NCBI RefSeq assembly: GCF_000092105.1
Contig: NC_014148.1
Span: 5,040,001-5,072,000 of the forward strand
Direction: 5' to 3'
Source: Planctopirus limnophila DSM 3776
Lineage (GTDB): Bacteria > Planctomycetota > Planctomycetia > Planctomycetales > Planctomycetaceae
Length of the DNA stretch: 32,000 nt
Part shown: positions 24,992 to 32,000 of the stretch, in pieces
How the letters are laid out: every line of letters begins with the position of its first letter
How positions within the stretch are numbered: position 1 is the first letter of the stretch
The notes under the pieces: generated by a model
What the model saw: the letters and a program-made list of their open reading frames with translations, nothing else
Told to the model about the DNA's origin: nothing
Database searches by the model: none
Program-made: the position numbers and the translations under genes

Positions 24992-26359
24992 TTACTTCTG
25001 GCCGCCAGCCTTTTCTTCAACTTCTGGGAGCGGACCATAAATCTTGGCCAGTGCATCTTCGAGAACCTGCCCGCGGGCCTTGACGGTAATCACTTTTCCA
25101 TCGGCACCAATCAGAATGCAGGTCGGAATTGCATTCACACCATAGAACTTGGCAATCGGGTTGCTCCAGCCTGCAGCCTTGGTTTCCGAGGTGTTCGCCG
25201 GGTACAGGTTGACCCAGGGAATTTCCCGCTTTTCGATGAATTCCTTTAGGGGCTCAATACTGTTATCCAGGCTGATCCCGACGACTTCAAAGCCTTTGTC
25301 GTGATAAGCCTCATGGAGCTTCTTGACGCGTGGAATCTCGGCAATGCAGGGGCCGCACCAGGTAGCCCAGAAGTCCACGAGAACCACTTTGCCTTTGAGG
25401 GAAGCGAGGTCGAAATCCTTGCCTTCTACAGTGGTGCCGACAACTTCCATGGAGTTACCAACCAGTCCCAGACGCCGCGAAATGCCGCGAACTCTTTCCG
25501 CAATCGGCGTGACAGTTTCCTTATCAGTCGATTCCAGCAGGTCGGCCAGGCGAGACATATAGCTGGCAGCGAGAGCAGGGTCTTTGCCATATTCGAGTGT
25601 GCGACCTGCCTCTGAGGCGAGTTTGATGCTCTCTGTCGAGAAATCAGCCACTTTGACACGGTTGAGTGTCTCAGCGAGCAGCGTATCCACCGCTGCCGGT
25701 TCCAGTTGAGGAATCGTCAGAATCCGCAAGCCATCGATTTTCTCTGAGGCCATCTTGGCAATGGCTGGGCGGGAATCTGTTGCCAGGCGATTGGCAATCG
25801 CAAGTGCCGACTGTGCCGATCCAGGTGCTTCGACTCTCAAGAGCATCGACTGCGCATTGAGGAGTAGACCGGCAGCCTGCAAAGCCTGCTTTTCATTGGC
25901 GGCTGGATCAGCCAGAACTTTTTCAGTGGCTGTGGTGACGAGGTTATTGGCTTTGAGTCTGAGGGCATTCATCTCTTCGAAAGAGCTGACCTTCTGCTTC
26001 GAAAGAGCCATCGGCGAGGAGAGTCGTCGGGCCGAGGCCAGCAATTCAGGAATGCCACTTTCGGGAAGTTGGAAGATATCTTCGGGGAGCTTCAGATCGA
26101 GATCTTCCGGAAGCAGCCCCTGCATGGCGGCAGCACGAATTTTGGCAGCTTTGGCCTTGGCTTCATCGGACGCCTGCTTGTCGTCTGTCGGCTTCGCTTC
26201 CGAGTTCCCCGTGGTGATTTGTGCCGCAGGTACTGTCGCTGGTTTTTCCTGAGCCAGGCAGACACTGCTCGTCATGGCCACGACAGCCAGTGCCGCCCAC
26301 TTTTTGCCCACACTCGCCCACGAAATCCGGGAAAACCAATGTTCATTGATCTGACGCAT
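24992..26359 (-). CDS. TlpA/ResA-like thiol:disulfide oxidoreductase with a helical N-terminal domain of about 280 aa (paralog 1)
   Basis: KGKVVLVDFWATWCGPCIAEIPRVKKLHEAYHDKGFEVVGISLDNS. A signal peptide follows ATG 26359. The track's start at 26398 is a TTG. Confidence 0.85.
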   Translation of the reverse strand: MRQINEHWFSRISWASVGKKWAALAVVAMTSSVCLAQEKPATVPAAQITTGNSEAKPTDDKQASDEAKAKAAKIRAAAMQGLLPEDLDLKLPEDIFQLPESGIPELLASARRLSSPMALSKQKVSSFEEMNALRLKANNLVTTATEKVLADPAANEKQALQAAGLLLNAQSMLLRVEAPGSAQSALAIANRLATDSRPAIAKMASEKIDGLRILTIPQLEPAAVDTLLAETLNRVKVADFSTESIKLASEAGRTLEYGKDPALAASYMSRLADLLESTDKETVTPIAERVRGISRRLGLVGNSMEVVGTTVEGKDFDLASLKGKVVLVDFWATWCGPCIAEIPRVKKLHEAYHDKGFEVVGISLDNSIEPLKEFIEKREIPWVNLYPANTSETKAAGWSNPIAKFYGVNAIPTCILIGADGKVITVKARGQVLEDALAKIYGPLPEVEEKAGGQK

Positions 26360-26577
26360 AACCGAAGCCCTCAAAGATAGAAAATGGACGGTTTTCAAGA
26401 TGATCCAGAACGAGTTCCACAGACCTGGAATCTCTGGAAATGAAGAATTCTCTCCAGGGAAATCTTCAGTGAGCGTACCTGCGTTGTATCAATCCGATTC
26501 GCAAAATGCACGAAGAAAGTTGGAGAACTCTGGAATCGTCCCAGTTCCCGCAATTTCAGGTTGAACAGGAAGCAAAA

Positions 26578-26600
26578 CAGCCCTTCACAAGGAAGGGCTG
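26578..26600 (-). terminator. Intrinsic terminator after TlpA-like gene 2
   Basis: Perfect 9-bp stem (cagcccttc / gaagggctg) with a 5-nt loop, followed by TTTTGCTTCC on the minus strand. Confidence 0.65.
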
Positions 26601-26685
26601 CTCTGGATACCGGATCGATTGTGTGGATTAGCTCTGCCTATCGAACATGCCGCCCGATCGCCAGTGGACTGACTTCTTTTCGGCG

Positions 26686-28029
26686 TTACTTCTTCTTGGC
26701 AGGAGCGTCGTCTGTGGTCTCGTCTTTCGGCTCTTCCTTGACTGGCCCCAGCAATTTGGCGAGTTCATTGGTCAGGTTCTCGCCGCGTGCTTCCAGAGAG
26801 ATCACCTTGCCTTCGGCATTAATGAGGATGCAGGTGGGGATGCCACTGATGCCATAGTAGGCAGCCTGTGGGCTGGACCAGCCACCGGGTGCCTCTTCAG
26901 TCCCCTCATGGAAGAGAGTTGTCCAGGGAACATTCTTCTCTTTAAGGAAGCCCATGAGATCTTCCTTGCTGTCATCCAGGCTCACGCCGACAACTTCAAA
27001 GCCCTTATCGTGATAGGCCTCGTAAGCTTTCTTGAGGTTGGGCATTTCAGCAATGCAGGGGCCGCACCATGTCGCCCAGAAATCGACCAGCACGACTTTC
27101 CCCTTCAGGCTGGCCAGATCAAAGGGCTTGCCATCGACAGTCGTCCCCTTCAGAACCATCGTATTGCCCGGCAGGTTGATGCGGCGGGCCATTCCTCGCA
27201 CCTGTTCTGCCGCCTGCTTGATTTCTTTCTTGTCCGCCTTGTCCAGCAGGTTGGCAAGATCACCGAGGAAATCCACCGCAGGGCCAGTTTCGGGCATCGA
27301 TTCGAGCACCATCGCCAATTGCATCCCCATGCCAATACTCTCTTCCGAGTACTTGGTCGTCTCGATGGCTTTGAGAATATCGGCCGAGAGTGTGGCTCGT
27401 TCCTGAGCAGTCAATGTCGGTGCCGAAAGCACGCGTAACATGAGGAGCTGCTGATTCGCCAGTTCCGAGATTTCTTTGCGAGTATCCGCCTTCAGTTTGG
27501 TCGCTGCAGCCAGGGCAGCTTCCTGAGCACCATCAATCTGCGCGCTTGCTAACAAAGTGTGTGCCTGGAGATGCATTTCTGCCGCTTCGACGGCTGTATC
27601 CAGCTCCACCTTAGGCATGGCCAGAACTTGCCCAGTCCCTTCGATAATCGTTTTTTGAACTCGAATGGCGTGTTCAATCGCCTGCTGACGACTCTTGAGT
27701 CGCGGACGCTTCTGCTGCAGATCTTCAAGGAATTCGAGAATATCATCTGCCGATCCCTTGGGGATGGCATACAAGGCGTCGCTGACTTCTTCCTGCTTCA
27801 GTGGGTCTTGCGGTGCAGGCTTGGCAGCGGCAGCAGGGGGGGCTCCGGCTTCCTGTGCCATGGCCGAAAACTGGCTGCCAGTCATCAGCGCGATCGCAAA
27901 TACAAACTTCCCAGCCACCACTGGCCAGGTGCAGACATTTCGGGACATCGATGGCTGGTGCGTTGAATTTTGCGTCATTGACCAGCGGATTCGGGATCGA
28001 AGCATGTGATGACTTTCAGGCTGTTCCAT
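26686..28029 (-). CDS. TlpA/ResA-like thiol:disulfide oxidoreductase with helical N-terminal domain (paralog 2)
   Basis: KGKVVLVDFWATWCGPCIAEMPNLKKAYEAYHDKGFEVVGVSLDDS. Several in-frame ATGs lie upstream of the signal peptide (VFAIALMTGSQFSAMAQ), so the true start is uncertain (28029 down to about 27948). Confidence 0.85.
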   Translation of the reverse strand: MEQPESHHMLRSRIRWSMTQNSTHQPSMSRNVCTWPVVAGKFVFAIALMTGSQFSAMAQEAGAPPAAAAKPAPQDPLKQEEVSDALYAIPKGSADDILEFLEDLQQKRPRLKSRQQAIEHAIRVQKTIIEGTGQVLAMPKVELDTAVEAAEMHLQAHTLLASAQIDGAQEAALAAATKLKADTRKEISELANQQLLMLRVLSAPTLTAQERATLSADILKAIETTKYSEESIGMGMQLAMVLESMPETGPAVDFLGDLANLLDKADKKEIKQAAEQVRGMARRINLPGNTMVLKGTTVDGKPFDLASLKGKVVLVDFWATWCGPCIAEMPNLKKAYEAYHDKGFEVVGVSLDDSKEDLMGFLKEKNVPWTTLFHEGTEEAPGGWSSPQAAYYGISGIPTCILINAEGKVISLEARGENLTNELAKLLGPVKEEPKDETTDDAPAKKK

Positions 28030-28399
28030 TAGGTATCGGCAGGCGTTCGTGCATCCTCGCAGAACTTCGCCGGGTGAATTGTCATCTTCATGAACCAGAA
28101 TTGCACCTCAATTCTGCGGGGAATCGCTCGATTTTCTTCACATTCCCCCTGAAATCTGCCCATGGCAAGACCGCCAATTTTCACGGTGATCGAGTGACAT
28201 GAGGGAATCTCGACGGGGCGGAATTCCAGGAAAAATTCGGGTAACCGCATCAGTCACTCGCAAACCGTGGAAAACAAATCAACACTCGCTTGTGTCACGC
28301 TGGGGTGAGCAGGCAAGATATGTCGAATTGTCCTTTTGTAGGTATTTCTTCACCGTTTTTGCCAATCCCAGACCAATTCTCTCGTTGAGTGTGTGGCCC

Positions 28400-30022
28400 A
28401 TGATCAAGCATCCGTGGTTTCGGTCGTTGTCGATGCGCATTTTGGCGGCTGGTGTTCCCTTTTTTGTCAGCCAGACGTGGGCTCCCGCAACTCTTCAAGT
28501 TCTCGCTGAGGATGCTCAGCCAGCATCGGCCATGAATCCGATGAACTCGGGCGCAGCTGGTCAGGAGACGAGTGCGAATCCACCCGTCGAAAAGCCCATG
28601 CCCCCCGCACCGAATTCACCCGTGATGATGGTCGACGAAGTCGTCCCACCAGCAGTGCCCCAAGAGACACCCACTTCACCTACGCCTACTTCTCCTGCAC
28701 CAGATCAAACCGTCGCGAAAGCATCGGACGCGAAACAGCCTCCAAAGCAGCCTGAGCCAAAACCACAGAGTGCAGATCAACCGGCGGAATCCAAAAAATC
28801 TGAGCCAGCGAAAAAGCCAGCGCCTCCCAAGCCGGCTCCGACCAAACCAGCCGCACCACCCAAACCAGTCGATAAACCCTTTCTGTCACCGACAGGCGTG
28901 GATCTGAAAAAGGGGGCCATCCGTGTCGAGGATGCCGGGCCCGATTTCGCACTTCAAGGCGAATATATGGCCTGGGATTGGTCCGCTGAAAAAGGTTGGC
29001 ACTGGTTGGGAATTCAAGTCGTCGCCACGGGAGACGGGACGTTTGAAGCGCTTGCTTATCCCGGCGGATTACCCGGCAACGGAGTCGCTGCGCGCGCCAC
29101 CATGCCCATTGGAACTCCGCAAATCAAAGCCGATTCGGAGTTACTGCCAACGCTGTGGCAAGGGAGTGGCAAAGCGACTCCGGAAGGTTTGCTGATCACC
29201 TTCAATCAACCTTCCGAAGGACGAAAATTCGTCACGAAAGATGGGCAGACCGGCCAACTCTTCAAAGGTGATGGTGCCTTGATTTCCCAGGCCGTCAAGT
29301 GGTCAAGGAAGAGCCAACGTGAAGGAGCACAACCGCCAGCCAATGCCGTGGTGCTGTTCGATGGGACAGACAACGGCCAGTTGAAAAACTTGAAAATTTC
29401 GCCCGAAGGTCTCATGCAGATTGGTTCCGAAACCAAAGGGGCCTGGCAGAACTTCCATTTGCATGCAGAGTTCAAAACGCCCTTTATGCCGTTCGCTAAA
29501 GGTCAGGCACGGGCCAACAGCGGCTTTTATCTACAGAAGCGGTACGAGGTGCAGGTGCTGGATTCGTTTGGGTTGATTCCACAATTCAACGATGCAGCTG
29601 CCATCTATCGCAACAAAATGCCCGACTTGAACATGTCGTTCCCGCCACTTTCCTGGCAGACCTATGACATCCAGTTCCAGGCACCTCTGTTCGATGAACA
29701 GGGAACCAAAATTCAGAATGGGCGACTGACTGTCTGGCACAACGGCATCGTGGTCCAGAATCACGTTTCTCTGGAAAACAAAACCGGGGGCGGCACCAAA
29801 GAAGGGCCTGAAGCACTGCCGATTCTGTTCCAGAATCACGGAAACCCCGTTGAATTCCGCAATCTCTGGTTGGTGGAATTGTCACCCCAGGTGCTGCAGG
29901 CCAGCACAACTCCGCCAGTGCCCACATGTTTACCAGTCGTTGCTACGCCCAACGCCTGTGTTTCGACCACGCCCTGTTGTCCTCCCACAAAACATCGTCG
30001 TCCGGCACGCTGCCGAAGATAA
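28400..30022 (+). CDS. DUF1080 (3-keto-disaccharide-hydrolase-like, concanavalin fold) protein, exported, with Pro-rich linker and Cys-rich tail
   Basis: Signal peptide from ATG 28400 (MIKHPWFRSLSMRILAAGVPFF...). The DUF1080 strings are FHLHAEFK...NSGFYLQKRYEVQVLDSFG...AAIYRNK...TVWHNGIVVQN...LFQNHGNPVEFRNLWLVEL. Confidence 0.8.
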   Translation: MIKHPWFRSLSMRILAAGVPFFVSQTWAPATLQVLAEDAQPASAMNPMNSGAAGQETSANPPVEKPMPPAPNSPVMMVDEVVPPAVPQETPTSPTPTSPAPDQTVAKASDAKQPPKQPEPKPQSADQPAESKKSEPAKKPAPPKPAPTKPAAPPKPVDKPFLSPTGVDLKKGAIRVEDAGPDFALQGEYMAWDWSAEKGWHWLGIQVVATGDGTFEALAYPGGLPGNGVAARATMPIGTPQIKADSELLPTLWQGSGKATPEGLLITFNQPSEGRKFVTKDGQTGQLFKGDGALISQAVKWSRKSQREGAQPPANAVVLFDGTDNGQLKNLKISPEGLMQIGSETKGAWQNFHLHAEFKTPFMPFAKGQARANSGFYLQKRYEVQVLDSFGLIPQFNDAAAIYRNKMPDLNMSFPPLSWQTYDIQFQAPLFDEQGTKIQNGRLTVWHNGIVVQNHVSLENKTGGGTKEGPEALPILFQNHGNPVEFRNLWLVELSPQVLQASTTPPVPTCLPVVATPNACVSTTPCCPPTKHRRPARCRR

Positions 30023-30387
30023 CCTGTTGTTGTTACACATGTTGTGGCAGAGAGCGGGTGGCTGGGGTTGAGTCTTCGAACCCCCAGCGACCTACGGCAC
30101 GACCTGGAGTTCGCTTAAATGCTCAACCGCAGTCTTCCCAAAACAAGGAGGGTAGTTGATGATTGGCATCTGTATTGTGGCCAATCGCCTCAACATCAGT
30201 GCCTGTGGAACTTTTGGCCCTCTTTCCACGATTCAGCCAAGACAAGGCTGACAAGTGCGATACTCTCCCCGGAACTGAGGGTTAAAACAGTGCGTAGGCA
30301 CATCTCGAACCTGCGGTGCTACGCATGAATTTTCCTGAATCACTGCCATGGCCAGCCTGGAGCAAGCCAATGCCCGGTTCCACCACA

Positions 30388-31395
30388 ATGACCAGAGTTG
30401 CTGAAAACGGCCTTCGATGGGGCTGCTGTCTATTCTTTGTGGCCTCGATTTCCTGGGGAAACATCGCTGCGGCACAGGATGGCGAAGACCGCTCGGCCCG
30501 GTTCTGGGGCATGATGGATCGCGATGGGGATGGTGTGCTCTCTGGCGAGGAACTCGATCGAGTGCCCGGCTTTCTGCGTGGTCGCCTCGAAGAAAGTGGC
30601 GTTGATCTTTCACGTCCTGTCAGTCGGGAAGACTTTTCAGGAGTCATGGATCAACTCCGTCGGCAACGCGAAGAATCCGGTGGTGGATTCGGCGGCCCCC
30701 CACCCGGCGGATTCGGCGGAGAAGGCTTTGGCGGTCGTGGCAGTTTTGGTAGCCGCGGCGGTGATGATCGCAGTGAAGGTGGTCGCGACAGAGATCGTGG
30801 AAGTGATCGCGGCAAGAAAACGGAAGTTCCCAAGTACGATTTTCCCCGCACTTTGCCCGATGATTACAAGCCTCTCGATCTCAACGCAGATAATCAGATT
30901 TCGTTTGCCGAGTGGCCCCGCTCCCGCAGGGCAGATTTCGCTTCCTATGACCATAACGGCGATGGGTACATCACTCCTGCCGAGATTCGCCTTCCCGCCT
31001 TTGTAACGAAAACCGCAGACGAAATTGTCAGCGAAGCGATGGCTGCCCGAATCATCGGTGGCACTATCGGCGGATCAACCGTCGCGAGCAATCTCTCGGC
31101 CACATCGGCAAGTTCAGGAGCGACACCCGGAAGTGAGGGGCGCGACCGTGGTTCTCGTGATCGAGGCGGACGAGGAGGCCCTCCTCAGGCCGGAAGTTCA
31201 TCAGGTGAAGACGCCATTGCCGTCGAAGCCAAAGGCTACTTTGACAGGCTCGACACCAACAAAAATGGCTCCGTCGATCCCGATGAGTGGAGTGTCAGTA
31301 AACGTCTGAAGCCACTGTTCGAAAAAGTGGGGGCTGATCTCACAAAATCACTCACTCTGGAAGAGTTTACGGTCAGTTATCGCAAGACCAAGTAG
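30388..31395 (+). CDS. Exported EF-hand calcium-binding protein with Gly/Arg/Phe-rich low-complexity segments
   Basis: Signal peptide from ATG 30388. Four 12-residue EF loops are present: DRDGDGVLSGEE, DLNADNQISFAE, DHNGDGYITPAE and DTNKNGSVDPDE. Confidence 0.8.
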   Translation: MTRVAENGLRWGCCLFFVASISWGNIAAAQDGEDRSARFWGMMDRDGDGVLSGEELDRVPGFLRGRLEESGVDLSRPVSREDFSGVMDQLRRQREESGGGFGGPPPGGFGGEGFGGRGSFGSRGGDDRSEGGRDRDRGSDRGKKTEVPKYDFPRTLPDDYKPLDLNADNQISFAEWPRSRRADFASYDHNGDGYITPAEIRLPAFVTKTADEIVSEAMAARIIGGTIGGSTVASNLSATSASSGATPGSEGRDRGSRDRGGRGGPPQAGSSSGEDAIAVEAKGYFDRLDTNKNGSVDPDEWSVSKRLKPLFEKVGADLTKSLTLEEFTVSYRKTK

Positions 31396-31468
31396 TCGAT
31401 AAAGCACGTCGCTTGGTCACTGCGACCGCGCGATTGAGTTCTGCCAGAGATTCATTCAGAGGCTCGTC

Positions 31469-32000
31469 ATGCCCACACCTCTCGAACAGGCAGCAGCCAG
31501 GCTGGCGGGCAAACTGGCCGATAGCAAACAGAGGTTAATCCTTGCCGAAAGCTGTACGGCTGGATTGGTCAGCGCCACCTTGGCACAGACTCCCGGCATC
31601 AGTACCTGGCTCTGTGGATCTGCCGTCGTTTATCAGGAACAGACCAAAACCACCTGGCTGGGAGTCTCGGCAGCAACTCTGGCCCAGTACACAGCCGTCA
31701 GTCGTGAAGTGGCTCAAGAGATGGCTGCTGGTGTGCTGCAGTTGACCCCTCACGCGGATATCGCTGCCGCCATTACAGGTCATCTGGGGCCCCATGCACC
31801 AATCCCACAGGATGGTGAAGTCCATGCAGCGATCGTTTTTCGAGACTCAAATCATCTCTCGAAAAGCACTTGCTGGCATTTACCGTCTCAAGTTCCAGCG
31901 GAAATTTCTGAAACACTGCGCGTCTGGCGGCAACACGAAGTCGCACGCCTGTTCATTGACTTTGTGACAGAACAGATCCCTGGCCCCAGCCAGAATCCCG
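31469..32000 (+). CDS. CinA-family / PncC-like nicotinamide-nucleotide amidohydrolase domain protein (runs off the right edge)
   Basis: The frame from ATG 31469 stays open to position 32000 and is not in the track. My translation is MPTPLEQAAARLAGKLADSKQRLILAESCTAGLVSATLAQTPGISTWLCGSAVVYQEQTKTTWLGV...AVSREVAQEMAAGV...ITGHLGP, which matches the CinA C-terminal-domain pattern. Confidence 0.85.
   Translation, partial: MPTPLEQAAARLAGKLADSKQRLILAESCTAGLVSATLAQTPGISTWLCGSAVVYQEQTKTTWLGVSAATLAQYTAVSREVAQEMAAGVLQLTPHADIAAAITGHLGPHAPIPQDGEVHAAIVFRDSNHLSKSTCWHLPSQVPAEISETLRVWRQHEVARLFIDFVTEQIPGPSQNP

Noticed and set aside
26647-27438. 263-aa plus-strand ORF
   Set aside because: It is antisense to TlpA-like paralog 2, whose WCGPC thioredoxin motif makes the minus-strand frame unambiguous.
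30062-30087. Hairpin after the DUF1080 gene as an intrinsic terminator
   Set aside because: The stem is only about 8 bp with a bulge (ctggggtt...aacccccag) and no T-tract follows. It is too weak to call.

Overview
This window looks like ordinary chromosome from a Planctomycetota-type genome, with mid-50s % GC by eye. The taxon guess rests on a DUF1559-like protein, Tat-signal Gfo/Idh/MocA and molybdoenzyme genes, DUF1080, FG-GAP/VCBS, and many exported thioredoxin-fold proteins with long Pro-rich or helical extensions. I can support about 27 protein genes (two run off the window edges), one tRNA-Ser(GGA) and several intrinsic-terminator hairpins. I see no rRNA, CRISPR array, transposase, integrase or phage genes. 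Positions 1-9641 are coded entirely on the minus strand with very tight gene junctions. The regions most worth a second look are listed here. (1) A Fic (AMP-transferase) gene sits inside that minus-strand block. A family-less 104-codon gene ending in Gly-Gly precedes it with stop/start coupling, and the Fic protein carries an AT-richer C-terminal extension of about 200 aa that I cannot assign. (2) A two-gene module (16372-20982) encodes a zinc-ribbon protein with a disordered tail and a 1187-aa polytopic membrane protein with no motif I recognise. (3) A 32-codon, extremely basic ORF that is absent from the track shares a perfect bidirectional terminator with an orphan Flp-pilin-like gene. (4) Three consecutive exported CxxC thioredoxin-fold proteins include a tandem TlpA-like duplication. 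Each has a large uncharacterised N-terminal domain. All family calls come from motif recognition by eye. No database search, HMM or folding program was run, so each functional call is a hypothesis to verify.
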